Sequence record: NC_029020.1
Reading direction: 5' to 3' (one strand)
DNA: 50,918 nucleotides
Within the stretch, counting starts at the first letter, position 1; the number at the start of each line of letters is the position of its first letter. Position numbers and translations under genes: made by a program. Shown one piece after another: positions 23,756 to 33,806 of this stretch. Under the pieces are notes generated by a model, which saw only the letters and a list, made by a program, of their open reading frames with translations, searched no databases and was not told where the DNA came from.

Positions 23756-23782
23756 ACTTTTTTCGTTTTAAAGCTAAAAGAT

Positions 23783-25654
23783 CTAAACCTTCGAATACAC
23801 GACGGAGAACAATTCGCTCGCATCATAATCATTGAATTTGTAATATTCGTCGCAGATCTCCTCTATTATGTCCTGCATATTATCAGGCACTCCTCCCTTG
23901 TAAACGTGCAGGCACGTAACTACTAAGCCGTTGCTCTTCGCGAAGTTCTTGAAGTCCTCGAGTGTGTGCTTATCATAGCCCGTCTCGAAGTCTGACATTA
24001 TGAAGACCTGTTTTACGTCCTTCAACCCCGGGTAGTTGTTGTAATAGTCCATGAAGTCTCTTAGTGCGACCATCATGTCCGTCCCTCCTCCGGGTTTGAC
24101 CTGAGCCAGTTCGAGGACGTTGTTGACGTCTATCGGCTCGGTCGTCGAGTAGTCGAAGTACTGTACGAACACCTTCCTGTTGTTCTTTTCGGCTTCCATA
24201 GCGGAAGCCAGGGCTACGGCGGAAACGTTCTCGAACGCCGTGTACCCGTTAGGCATCTCGTCGTCCATAGACTCGCTTTTATCAATGATGAAATAGAAGT
24301 CGCCAACGCCCTCACTCTCCACCGCCCTCTGCAGAAGGGCTCTGTTAGTGTAGCGTTCCAGGAAGATCTCGTCAGGCAGTATTAGCTGGCTCTTGAACAG
24401 ATGCTTGAGGTTGTTACCGGTCGTAATTCCCTTCATCACGCCTCCCTGGTCTTTAACGCCTCTGGTTTCAGCGTACTGCAGGTCGACCCGGTTAGCCAGA
24501 GCCAAAATCCTGTTAGCCCTATCTAATAATTCCAAAACTCTAGGATTGACGTCCTTCAGAATCCCTCCTCCTGAGCCTTTCCCGATGGTCAACGCTGACA
24601 TTGCCTTCTGAAGGCTGTCCTCCAGCAGATCTAAGACCATAAGCTCGTCGTCGATGTTCCTCTCGAGGTCTTCGAAGACGTCTTCTACTCCCTGTCCTCC
24701 TCCTGCACCCCTTTGCTCTCCACCTTCTGACCCCTGCCCTCGCTCNCTNTTTTGACCNTGGCTACCTNCNNNTTCACNCTNNTNCTCTCNTCCTTCTCCA
24801 CCNTCTGACCCCTGCCCTTCGCCTTCNCCGCTTTGTTCTCCGCTTNGGCTNNCCTCANTTNCGCTTTCNCCTNCNGANNCCTCTNCTTCTNCTNCNTCCT
24901 GCCCTNCNCTTTCGCCTTCGCCTGCGTTTNCGCTTCCTCCCTCGCCCTGCTGTTCTCCTCCGGTTTCCTGCCCTTCTTCCCCTTCTCCCAGCTCTCCTTC
25001 TCCTTCACTCTCTTCCCCGCTCTGTTCTTCTTCTCCTAATCCCTGTCCTTGTCCCTCCTCTCCTTCTCCTTCTTCCTCGCCACCTTCTTCCCAACCCTGC
25101 TGTTCTTCACCTAGTGATTCGGCTCCTTCTTCCTCTTCCTCACTCTGGCTCTCTTCACTTTCACCTTCCTCTCCTTGACCTCGCTCTTCTCCCTCTTGTT
25201 CCTCCCCTTCCTGCTCGTTACTCTCTCGGCTTTCTTCCCCTAGCTCTTGTTCTTGCTGTCTTTCATTTCTACTTTGCCTGGATTTTTTCTCCTGTAACTC
25301 CTGTTGCAACATCTGTTTAATTGTGTTGAACGATAGACCCTGCAGGTTCTTCCGCTCTATCAGACGCTGAATGTTGTCCAGCTTCTCGTTTATGTGCTCG
25401 AGTTCATCCAGGTCGAAGTTTTTCAGAAAATTATAAACGAAATAAGCGAGCACTGCTGGGAACTGCAAAAGAAGTTTATTTTGCTCTGAAGCTATCTTTA
25501 CAAGTCTGTGTACTGTATCCCATAAACTTTTCCCGATTCTGGGTGAAACTGAATAAGACTTAAAGTCGAAATACTTTAACAAAGTTTCAAAAACGGCATT
25601 TGTTAGTCCTATCAGTCCTTGCTCCTCATCTTTATTGTTGAAGAAGCTTTGCAT
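23783..25654 (-). CDS. vWA-domain co-chaperone with a long E/G/Q acidic linker (ATV p892-like)
   Basis: MIDAS motif FIIDKSESM, PGGGTD, FIMSDF; adjacent to the MoxR ATPase. Confidence 0.9.
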   Translation of the reverse strand: MQSFFNNKDEEQGLIGLTNAVFETLLKYFDFKSYSVSPRIGKSLWDTVHRLVKIASEQNKLLLQFPAVLAYFVYNFLKNFDLDELEHINEKLDNIQRLIERKNLQGLSFNTIKQMLQQELQEKKSRQSRNERQQEQELGEESRESNEQEGEEQEGEERGQGEEGESEESQSEEEEEGAESLGEEQQGWEEGGEEEGEGEEGQGQGLGEEEQSGEESEGEGELGEGEEGQETGGEQQGEGGSXNAGEGEXXGQXXXEXEXXXXESXXEXSXSGEQSXEGEGQGSXGGEGXEXXXEXXGSXGQXXERGQGSEGGEQRGAGGGQGVEDVFEDLERNIDDELMVLDLLEDSLQKAMSALTIGKGSGGGILKDVNPRVLELLDRANRILALANRVDLQYAETRGVKDQGGVMKGITTGNNLKHLFKSQLILPDEIFLERYTNRALLQRAVESEGVGDFYFIIDKSESMDDEMPNGYTAFENVSAVALASAMEAEKNNRKVFVQYFDYSTTEPIDVNNVLELAQVKPGGGTDMMVALRDFMDYYNNYPGLKDVKQVFIMSDFETGYDKHTLEDFKNFAKSNGLVVTCLHVYKGGVPDNMQDIIEEICDEYYKFNDYDASELFSVVYSKV

Positions 25655-25667
25655 CTAGACTCCCCAT

Positions 25668-27428
25668 CTAGACTTCCTTCGCCATTTGCGAAAGTGCAAC
25701 CTTAACTTCTTGCAACTTGGCTATGAAATCCTCTATTTCTTCTCTTATTGCATCAATATTATCATCAAGTTTTTCAAGCATTTCTTCTTTCTTCCTTTCG
25801 CCTCCCACTCCAAGTGGCAGTGCCTCCGAAAACTGCGGGAAGAATTCTGATATTCCTTCGGCGAGCTTGTTGAGCTCGCTCTCTCCTTTTGCTGACTCGT
25901 TGAACTCCTTTTCGATTTCGGCTTTTATCGACTCATAGACTTTGTTGAGCTCTGACATCATGTCATTTTCTATACGATCCACATCTATTTTGCTCGCGAT
26001 GGTAGTCCCAAAATATTGGAGCAGTCTCCGTGTTACAGTCCATACTTTAGTATTGAGGGCATGCTTAGTCTTGACAAAGTTCAGAGTATCTATAGCCTTC
26101 ATAAGAAGGTCGAGTTTCTGCGGTGTGTTGCTGTTTTCATTGGATACTGCTAGGAATTCCGAAACGAGGCCACTCTTAAGCTTTGCCAGCACTGGCGAAT
26201 TTGCTGGAAATGCCTGGGTAATAACGTCCGAAGCATATGTGGAAGCGTCGTTCAATAATTTATTTAGGTATTCGTTTGAGAAGATTTCGTCTGATATTTT
26301 TGTAATACTCTCAGAGATGTCATTAGCACTAACAGTAGTGTTCTTAGGCACATTCGTCTCGAAATACGACTTGATAATCGACGAAATTATAGGAGATATT
26401 ATATTCTTCAGCTCNGGAGTGAACGGAATTGTGAGGTAGAACGCTAATGCAGTATGCACCGGTGTAATTGTTGAATTGCCGAACATTTCGCGTAAGGCGT
26501 TAGCGACCTGCATTATGCTCTTGAACTTCCTCTCGCTTATCGTCAAGTATCCTCCCATCGATTTGAAGTAGGATTTCACGACTCCNGAATCACTGAATGT
26601 CCTCGGGTTCCGCAGAGCCTGTGCTATTGCACCTAAGATCAGGTTTGCCTGCCTGACAGCTTCGAGCACGATATCCTGCGTTATATATTTGGTATAGTCC
26701 GAGACGATCCTATCCTGAATCCTCTTGACCTCGTCGTAGCTCGTCACTATCGGGATTGAGGTGGGCTTATTCGCCGTAAGGACTTTATAATACCTCTCCG
26801 CAGTCGCTTTGAGATTTTGCAGGTCTTCCAAATCTGGCGAGAGTACTGTCGCGAATATCTTGAACCTGTCCAAGAATGCTCTGTCAGCCTGCGTGTTCAC
26901 CCTGACCTCGTTTGAAGCGGAATAGAATGCGATCCACGGTAATGAGATTTCCTTACTCCCGTTCCTGAACTTCTTCTCGTTTATTGCCCTGAATAATGAC
27001 TCGGCTAGGACTTTATTGCTCTTGAAAATCTCGTCAATGAAAATTAGCTTAGCTGAAGGCAGAAAGCCATCGGTAATATATTCCAGTACTCCTTCTTCCC
27101 TCAGTTTCTTCAAGTTTGCGTTACCGAATATGTCCTCTGGGGTCATCGCCTCGTGGGCGAGGACTATGAATAATTCTTCCGGCTTGATCCCGGCGATCAT
27201 TCTCGAAAGGAGCTCGATGGTATACGTTTTCGCGGTTCCAGGGTCTCCGATGAGGAGCGTAGGGAAGCCAGTCAGTAGACCCGTTATCACTGCCGTCTTA
27301 ACGTCCTCGTTCCCAACCACGTACTTATCCAGNTCNTCNTTCAAACGNCGTGCAATAGTAGAAANGTNNGCAGNAAACGNCGAAACTTCGCTNTTCTGCC
27401 CTTGTTGTTCTTGTACTTGTATTTGCAT
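25668..27428 (-). CDS. MoxR/RavA-type AAA+ ATPase (ATV p618-like)
   Basis: YVVGNEDV, Walker A LLIGDPGTAKT, Walker B LIFIDEIFK, FYSASNE, AFLDRF. Confidence 0.92.
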   Translation of the reverse strand: MQIQVQEQQGQXSEVSXFXXXXSTIAXRLXXXLDKYVVGNEDVKTAVITGLLTGFPTLLIGDPGTAKTYTIELLSRMIAGIKPEELFIVLAHEAMTPEDIFGNANLKKLREEGVLEYITDGFLPSAKLIFIDEIFKSNKVLAESLFRAINEKKFRNGSKEISLPWIAFYSASNEVRVNTQADRAFLDRFKIFATVLSPDLEDLQNLKATAERYYKVLTANKPTSIPIVTSYDEVKRIQDRIVSDYTKYITQDIVLEAVRQANLILGAIAQALRNPRTFSDXGVVKSYFKSMGGYLTISERKFKSIMQVANALREMFGNSTITPVHTALAFYLTIPFTXELKNIISPIISSIIKSYFETNVPKNTTVSANDISESITKISDEIFSNEYLNKLLNDASTYASDVITQAFPANSPVLAKLKSGLVSEFLAVSNENSNTPQKLDLLMKAIDTLNFVKTKHALNTKVWTVTRRLLQYFGTTIASKIDVDRIENDMMSELNKVYESIKAEIEKEFNESAKGESELNKLAEGISEFFPQFSEALPLGVGGERKKEEMLEKLDDNIDAIREEIEDFIAKLQEVKVALSQMAKEV

Positions 27429-27533
27429 AAGAACCTCTGGCANNNGAGGNTNAAAAAGCTTAAAAGTTTCCGTTATACAGCTGTTTTAGAACCAAAACCC
27501 GCTTTAAAAGGNTTCTTGTACAAGAAAGTAATT

Positions 27534-28187
27534 GTGAGCCTNAATAACAACAACAAAAAACAACAACAACAGCAGGAACCCGTCTATGAAATATCTGGAG
27601 TTACCTCAACACCACCGCCGTCAACACCACTCTTTACTCCCATTCAACAACAGCCACAGCAACCCCAGTTATCGCCACTAGGACGGAGGAATATCGTAAA
27701 AGTCGATCCTAACTTAGTAAGNCANGCCATCAGGGAAAAAGCNAGNATACCGACCANGCAAATGACGCAGAGAGAAGCNCTTGANGTAANGGCTAAGCAA
27801 GAATTAGTGAATAACTACGTACTGATTNTAACNAAAGACCTNAAGAGCGGGACTCTGCAGTTCGCCGGNACCCCGTATGATGTAGATGAATATTTCCAAA
27901 TTTTGTTGTCGATTTTAGCGGATAGGTTCTCGAGTCTGGCTTCCGATGAGGTGTACAGAAAGTTAACGGAAATTCGCAGTTTGATAGCGAGCGACGCGAA
28001 TTATGACGACATAATAGCTAAGCTCAATGAGGCACACGACCTCGTGATAGCACTTCTGCTGGCGTTCGAGAGAGGTATATCGGAAATTGCGGGAGTAAGT
28101 AAGGCGAAATTAAGAGTGGAAATTCTTGCTCCATTAGAAACGGCACAGACGCTAGGTATTACACCCATAAGCACAGATAGGTTATAG
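27534..28187 (+). CDS. Hypothetical protein with a Q/P-rich N-terminus (start GTG 27534 inferred)
   Basis: Part of track ORF 27402..28187; start chosen downstream of TATA-like TTTAAAA. Confidence 0.6.
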   Translation: MSXNNNNKKQQQQQEPVYEISGVTSTPPPSTPLFTPIQQQPQQPQLSPLGRRNIVKVDPNLVXXAIREKXXIPTXQMTQREXLXVXAKQELVNNYVLIXXKDXKSGTLQFAXTPYDVDEYFQILLSILADRFSSLASDEVYRKLTEIRSLIASDANYDDIIAKLNEAHDLVIALLLAFERGISEIAGVSKAKLRVEILAPLETAQTLGITPISTDRL

Positions 28188-28190
28188 AAG

Positions 28191-29246
28191 GTGCCAGTTA
28201 TGAAAGTAAAAGATGACATTTCCTGGTTTTTTGCGGGTCTGGGCTTAACCAGCATAGGGATGGCGTTTTTAGGAGACGGAAAACCGTATTTGTTGCCTNC
28301 CGCGTTCCTCATCGTCGCTCTAGGCATNCTNTCCATATTCGTAAGGCANAGANNTCTCGTNGTTACGGCTTTCGCTATCGCGACGGTTACAGCCGTAGTG
28401 AANATTATGACGGGGTTGCCCGTCCTTACTGATGAAGAAGCGATAATACTGTACGCGTCACAACTGTTCCTCCAGGGGAAGAACCCCTACCTCTACTCCA
28501 TGGCTGAGGCGTTTTCGATATATCATGTCCCGTTTAATGCTGTGACCGGCACAACCTCAAACTCGTTTATGCCGTCCGTCTACATTTACCCGCCGTTATC
28601 ATTCGTCAGCGTCGCGGTATTTCACAACCCCGAAACGGTGGACGTAATATCAGCCGTTATAGCCTTCACTTACTCCTTCCTCAAAAAACGCGAGAACCTT
28701 TTCCTCGGGTCTTTTTTCCTGTGGCCGGCACTTTCTTACGATTTCGCGACGGGACAGGAGCTGAACCTCGTCGCTTACTCCCTCGCGTTTATCGCGATAT
28801 TCAACGAGAGGTTCAGGTACTTATTCTTAGGAATATCCGCAGACGTAAAGCAGTTCGCCGTGCTGATAGCTATCCTCCTGGTTAAATTCGAGAGGCAGAA
28901 GCTCAGGAAGATAGCGGAGTTCGTGATACCGCTATTGGTCTCTTCGATTCCCTTCATTTCGAAGCAGTACTTCGCGTCCGTCATAACCATCACACAACCA
29001 GTCGCTCAACAAGGAGTCTCATTTTCTCTTCTTACCGCGTTCGGCTTACCTATCCCTTCATTCGTGTATACCGTGCTCCAGGTGGCTCTTTTGGCNTTAA
29101 TCCTAATATTNAATAATAAGAAGGAGCTGGCTTGGGGTCTCCCCGCATTAACGTGGATATTCTCTTATAGAGATCTGGGGTATTTTGCGTTTTATTTCGC
29201 NTTGCAATACGTAGTNTGGATGGCTGAGAAAGATGGAAAAGTTTGA
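28191..29246 (+). CDS. Polytopic GT-C-fold glycosyltransferase (GT87/DUF2029-like; GtrC analogue)
   Basis: Many TM helices; acidic loop motif LTDEEA..., GKNPY, YIYPPL. Confidence 0.7.
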   Translation: MPVMKVKDDISWFFAGLGLTSIGMAFLGDGKPYLLPXAFLIVALGXXSIFVRXRXLXVTAFAIATVTAVVXIMTGLPVLTDEEAIILYASQLFLQGKNPYLYSMAEAFSIYHVPFNAVTGTTSNSFMPSVYIYPPLSFVSVAVFHNPETVDVISAVIAFTYSFLKKRENLFLGSFFLWPALSYDFATGQELNLVAYSLAFIAIFNERFRYLFLGISADVKQFAVLIAILLVKFERQKLRKIAEFVIPLLVSSIPFISKQYFASVITITQPVAQQGVSFSLLTAFGLPIPSFVYTVLQVALLXLILIXNNKKELAWGLPALTWIFSYRDLGYFAFYFXLQYVXWMAEKDGKV

Positions 29247-29892
29247 ACTCGTTCTGACGCTGGCGGTTGTAATACCTTCTCTTTTCACGTTCTCCATTTT
29301 CTTCTATCATCCCCAGCTACACGCGAAGGTGTTGGGCTTTTATGATGTAGGGGAAATAAACAGGTACAACGTGGTAACGATCTGCTTGCAGAACCCTACC
29401 AACAAAACGTATGCATTGGTGCCAGTGATTGACAGCCATCGCTGGTACCCGAAAGTAATAGTCCTGAAACCTCACGAGAACATTATAGTCAACGTTACGG
29501 CACCAGACCCTACTATCGCTATTTCACAAAATTCTCCGTACNNGATTACTTTCTATTTGTACAACACGAAAACGGCCGTCTTGTCCGTAAGCGGGTTCGC
29601 CCCTGCAGGTACGATATATCCAATCATAAATCCTAACTTTACCGTGGTATACAACTCGTCGTACGGGATATCGGAGTACGGCTGGCAGATACTATACAGC
29701 GGGAATGTGACAGTACAGAAGGGGAAAATCACGGTAAGCGGGACTGCACTGATAGAGCAGACGTTATACTATCCGATAAACGGGAGCGTAACAGTGGTTC
29801 ATGACGGTGGGGAAGTAGAATGGTGGATATACGATAATACTCTGGTTATATACGCCCAAAACACCACGATATACTCCGTGGAGTACGTGTAG
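29233..29892 (+). CDS. Membrane-anchored beta-rich extracellular protein coupled to the GT-C gene
   Basis: N-terminal TM helix, NxT/S sequons, overlaps the upstream stop. Confidence 0.65.
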   Translation: MEKFELVLTLAVVIPSLFTFSIFFYHPQLHAKVLGFYDVGEINRYNVVTICLQNPTNKTYALVPVIDSHRWYPKVIVLKPHENIIVNVTAPDPTIAISQNSPYXITFYLYNTKTAVLSVSGFAPAGTIYPIINPNFTVVYNSSYGISEYGWQILYSGNVTVQKGKITVSGTALIEQTLYYPINGSVTVVHDGGEVEWWIYDNTLVIYAQNTTIYSVEYV

Positions 29893-29939
29893 CGAAGGTT
29901 TTTTAACATCTCCGCTATTCTTGCAATAGCTGACCTGTT

Positions 29940-30194
29940 GTGGAGGTACCTGTCGTTATATCTTATTCTAAGATCGAGGAGCTTTGTGAGTATGATGAAC
30001 ATGAAGGGATCGTATGCGATGACTTCAAAGGGTACATTGACGTCGATGTTGAGGAGGTAAAATTAAGCCAAGATGATTTAGAAAAAATTATGGACAAGTA
30101 CTTAGACGAAATTTCAGATATTTTGAAAATGGATAAACGCCTTTGGGAGAAACTGCAAANACNGNTGGACAAAANTNTAAATCTATATATCTAA
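29940..30194 (+). CDS. Small acidic hypothetical protein, 84 aa
   Basis: ORF track; D/E-rich. Confidence 0.55.
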   Translation: MEVPVVISYSKIEELCEYDEHEGIVCDDFKGYIDVDVEEVKLSQDDLEKIMDKYLDEISDILKMDKRLWEKLQXXXDKXXNLYI

Positions 30195-30207
30195 CAGAAT
30201 AATTGTT

Positions 30208-30882
30208 TTAACGCGGAATATTTATATTCATCCTAATGAATTGTAGGGCTTTTAATAGTTGCGTTTTCTTTTCGGTAACACATTTTCTGTAATATTCAGC
30301 GGTACATTTTTTCTCAATAGTATTCTCGTCGATGCCCAACTCGTTCACAAGTGCCTGGTATAACGACGTCCCCTTGATGCTACTGATCATAGTAGCCGTC
30401 CGGATTTGTATTTCCTTTAGCGTGCTCAGAACGGTGAGTACGTCGAACTCGTTGGGGTTGACTATTTTCGTCAGCACATCTATGAGGTACGAACTTTCGG
30501 CCACGAGTGCTTCCTCGTTGACGTAGAACAACGGTTTCTTGTTCGTGACGTCCAGAATTTTCGTCACCAGTGACTTAACGTCCTCGCCAGACGCATTCAT
30601 CACGATGAACATGATGTCGCACCCGATTTTCAGGATCTGCATCAGCTCGTCTTCGGACACCGCGTTTTCGTACCTTTTCAGGACTAATTCCTTCCACAGA
30701 TCCTCTATTTCGGTGTTGCTGTAATAGGTAAGAACCACAGTGGTCAACCTTTGTATACCTAAATTAGGGTGTGATATGCTGGTGCGATCCATACAGACCT
30801 CGCTGTAGACGATGAACTGGAACTGCTCTGGAGTGGGTACGTCGTTTTCTTTTCTCGTTCGTGGCATTATCAACCACCTCAT
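30208..30882 (-). CDS. Hypothetical helical protein, 224 aa
   Basis: ORF track; part of an overlapping minus-strand operon. Confidence 0.65.
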   Translation of the reverse strand: MRWLIMPRTRKENDVPTPEQFQFIVYSEVCMDRTSISHPNLGIQRLTTVVLTYYSNTEIEDLWKELVLKRYENAVSEDELMQILKIGCDIMFIVMNASGEDVKSLVTKILDVTNKKPLFYVNEEALVAESSYLIDVLTKIVNPNEFDVLTVLSTLKEIQIRTATMISSIKGTSLYQALVNELGIDENTIEKKCTAEYYRKCVTEKKTQLLKALQFIRMNINIPR

Positions 30883-31409
30883 TCTATATTGTACCAGTCA
30901 TCATTGCATGTAATACTATTTACATCATCTAAAACGGTTCTGTTACCTAAACATACCGCGACACGCTTACGGTCGGGCCGTTTCGCCTTCACCACAATGT
31001 ATTTATCGTAGTTGAACGTGAGACGCTTGAACCCTCCTATTTCGAACTCCAAAGCGTTCAATATGTACTCTCCGTCCTTATACTGTGCCTTTCGGTACGA
31101 GAAAACAAAATATTCAGAAGCCGACACCGAGCTCACCAATGCGAACTTCTTCAGGTCGATTTGTTTCTTTAGATAAACTATGTAGTTAATACCCTTTATC
31201 ATTACGTCCGTGATGAAGTAAATACCGGGATATGTTATCCTGTGCATCGACCTGTCAGGCGTTCCCATATCGAGATATAGGACATATTCGTTTTCGCTTT
31301 CGACCATTTTGTCTATTTTATTCTTGAACACGTTACGCAGGTAGTTGAATAGTACCACGTTTTTGCCTACGAGTGATTCCAAATACGAAAGGGACATCAG
31401 AATCCCCAC
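30879..31409 (-). CDS. Hypothetical protein, 176 aa
   Basis: ORF track; operonic overlap. Confidence 0.65.
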   Translation of the reverse strand: MGILMSLSYLESLVGKNVVLFNYLRNVFKNKIDKMVESENEYVLYLDMGTPDRSMHRITYPGIYFITDVMIKGINYIVYLKKQIDLKKFALVSSVSASEYFVFSYRKAQYKDGEYILNALEFEIGGFKRLTFNYDKYIVVKAKRPDRKRVAVCLGNRTVLDDVNSITCNDDWYNIE

Positions 31410-32023
31410 AGACCGAGGGATATTCGTTTGTTTATTGAAGCCAAGTAGTCCTTCCTCGTGACGCTTGTGAAGACGAAGTAATTGTTGAATGTAACTCCGA
31501 CGGCACCGAACGTATCGAACTCCTTCAAATAATTTGTAGGATCGTTGTCTTCGAACTTGTTTATGACGAAATAATTCGTCTCGCTATTATTAGCGTTGTT
31601 ATACCGCTCTAAGGTAAGCCATATCCACCTCGGGAATAGGAAGAACTTCCTTTTGGCATTAGCATTCGCTTTCAGGAAAACCTCTCTAACTACTTTAGCC
31701 CTCTTTCTTGCGAACTCTTGCGGAGAAATGTAAACCATCGCGAAATAAACTATCCTATTACTTGGATTGCCCTGGTTTATCTGCGTCGTCATCTTATAAT
31801 ACTGTTTTAGGAAGTCGGCGGGCAGATCCATCGCCACTTCGACGCCACTTGTTTCGGAATACATTATAGCGACATGCACCCCGTTTTTTTCTATTACCTT
31901 CGTTTTTTTATCGAGTTTCACCGTGACCGGAGGCAGAAACAGTAAGGCATCGTAAATCCTATAACCGTAACTGGCTTGCGACTCATTTTTATCAACTTTT
32001 TTCTTAAACAGTTTCAGGAACAT
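31397..32023 (-). CDS. Hypothetical basic protein, 208 aa
   Basis: ORF track; operonic overlap. Confidence 0.65.
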   Translation of the reverse strand: MFLKLFKKKVDKNESQASYGYRIYDALLFLPPVTVKLDKKTKVIEKNGVHVAIMYSETSGVEVAMDLPADFLKQYYKMTTQINQGNPSNRIVYFAMVYISPQEFARKRAKVVREVFLKANANAKRKFFLFPRWIWLTLERYNNANNSETNYFVINKFEDNDPTNYLKEFDTFGAVGVTFNNYFVFTSVTRKDYLASINKRISLGLWGF

Positions 32024-32037
32024 TTAATCCACCACCC

Positions 32038-32451
32038 TTAAGGAATGTAATACCCTTCGTCTTTACTACTGCCGAAGGAAATGTGTAGAACGTCGATCGC
32101 TAGTGCATATACAAAGTACGCTACGGCCAACGCGAGGACTGCTATACTGACGTATACCAGCACGGCACCGTCGGCACTGTAGGGCGTGATCCTGTATGTC
32201 ACATTGTACGGTGAAGTATACACCGGGTTGTACGTTATGTAAGGGGCGAGATATAGCGAAATTAGGGTAAAGCCTACTGAAAACGTCAGGAACGGGAGGG
32301 CAAGCCTCAGGTGGGTTAAACTACTGTTCCTCAGCATGAAAAGCTCGATTATCGTCATTATAAGAAAACCACCCGCCAGGTCGATAAGGTAGATCTGGGT
32401 GTAGGAAAATGGAGGTAGTGCATTTATCACGGTAGTGTTCACGTTCGCCAT
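32038..32451 (-). CDS. Small polytopic membrane protein, 137 aa
   Basis: Three hydrophobic helices. Confidence 0.7.
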   Translation of the reverse strand: MANVNTTVINALPPFSYTQIYLIDLAGGFLIMTIIELFMLRNSSLTHLRLALPFLTFSVGFTLISLYLAPYITYNPVYTSPYNVTYRITPYSADGAVLVYVSIAVLALAVAYFVYALAIDVLHISFGSSKDEGYYIP

Positions 32452-32457
32452 ATCTCC

Positions 32458-32745
32458 TTAGACCTCCTCGCCGTCCTCGCACAGCTCCTTTTCGTTCACG
32501 ATTTCTTCAATCGTAGTACCATTTCTGATTTTGTTCGTGATCTCTCTCATGGCGACGAGCAAAGCTATAATCGAATATTCTGGTTTCTTCACTTCTTCGA
32601 TCGTTCCGTCGTCCTTTTCTATCCAGTATCCTTTCTGTATAAGGTATTCAGAGGACAACATCTCTGGGAAGTCATCGTCGTATTTGCTTATTATTTGGGT
32701 CAGATTCTCATATGCTTTCATAAGAGTTCTGCAGTCTGGTCTCAC
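32458..32745 (-). CDS. Hypothetical acidic protein, 95 aa
   Basis: ORF track; GTG start. Confidence 0.55.
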   Translation of the reverse strand: MRPDCRTLMKAYENLTQIISKYDDDFPEMLSSEYLIQKGYWIEKDDGTIEEVKKPEYSIIALLVAMREITNKIRNGTTIEEIVNEKELCEDGEEV

Positions 32746-32831
32746 GTCTTTAATCTTCCGCGAGAAGGCTTAAAAATAAGCGAGAAGTGCCCGCTTCTTA
32801 ATCAGCTGTTTAAGGGCAGGGCAGTTTATTT

Positions 32832-32904
32832 CTAACTCGCCAGCTTACGCTGGATCTCGACTGCATCCTTCAGTTGGGTGTATTGTATTATCCTATCCAA
32901 CTTC
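32832..32904. repeat. 73-bp exact copy of the integrase 3' end (direct repeat, copy 1)
   Basis: CTAACTCGCC...CCTATCCAACTTC, identical to 34362-34434. Confidence 0.97.
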
Positions 32905-32959
32905 AGGTTTTAGGATCCTGCTCTTTTGCATAACTGGTTAGGCAAAAATTAATTTTCCT

Positions 32960-33268
32960 TCAGCCCAAAACGGTTATGTCGACTTTTATAGGGAATACCA
33001 TATAAAAGCCGAAAAAGTCGTAGAAAAATATCCAGAACAGTTCACCATTCATGATAATACTGCCTAACATAATCATGTCTCCTTCGGCCCAGTAATCTGG
33101 GACGATCCCGTTTATCGAGTCCCTATCAACTTTTATATGGAAATATTTCAAGATTTCCAATAGAATGTTAGGGTCTTTAGATTTGATATAAGTACTCAGG
33201 ATTTCTTTCAACTTTTCATCCGTTACCCTATTTATTATTTTCATGGCTTCTTCCGTGTTTCTGTCCAT
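32960..33268 (-). CDS. Hypothetical protein, 102 aa (cargo between the 73-bp repeats)
   Basis: ORF track. Confidence 0.6.
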   Translation of the reverse strand: MDRNTEEAMKIINRVTDEKLKEILSTYIKSKDPNILLEILKYFHIKVDRDSINGIVPDYWAEGDMIMLGSIIMNGELFWIFFYDFFGFYMVFPIKVDITVLG

Positions 33269-33326
33269 TTATGTCCACCAGTTCTTGATATGAATAACAT
33301 CTTTTTTATATCTTTCGTTTCGGTAT

Positions 33327-33806
33327 TTGGCACCCATTTCATTTAAATTTATTAGTGTTTCGATATATCGGTTGGTAATGAGGGACTTAACCGACGAAGA
33401 AATACTGAAAATCATGTGCTCGATTGTACCGATATACATTGAGGGTCAACGGCACACCGTTATTATGTACCTAACTGGGTGGTTATATAAGGCAGGAATA
33501 AGCTACAGGTCTGCTAAAAAACTCGTTAAATTAATATGTGAGACGTTTAATGACGGAGAATGCGATGACAGGATATATACATTAGATAGGACTTACGGGT
33601 ATAGGGGGACTCAACCGCAGAAATATAAACTAAAAACCAAAAGCGGGATATACGAACTCCTCGTCGAGGCGTTAAAAGATGAAGAAAAAGCAAAAAGAAT
33701 AATAAGGAAATTGGAGAATATACTCAGTTATAGACCGAAAAGCGTAACGTTATTTGATGTTTTCCCGAAAAAACAGAGTGAGGTGAACATGAATGAGAAT
33801 ATCTGA
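33327..33806 (+). CDS. Stand-alone primase-accessory helical domain (PriCT-1 / pRN1 helix-bundle-like); likely start ATG 33378
   Basis: EGQRHTVIMYLTGWLYKAGIS...DDRIYTLDRTY fits the remembered G.R....L.G.L.K.G...R...L..TY pattern; no AEP catalytic domain. Confidence 0.55.
   Translation: MAPISFKFISVSIYRLVMRDLTDEEILKIMCSIVPIYIEGQRHTVIMYLTGWLYKAGISYRSAKKLVKLICETFNDGECDDRIYTLDRTYGYRGTQPQKYKLKTKSGIYELLVEALKDEEKAKRIIRKLENILSYRPKSVTLFDVFPKKQSEVNMNENI

Noticed and set aside
24685-25320. Alternative ORFs in the vWA linker (24685..25008, 24833..25039, 25114..25320)
   Set aside because: These are shadow frames of a low-complexity purine/pyrimidine tract.
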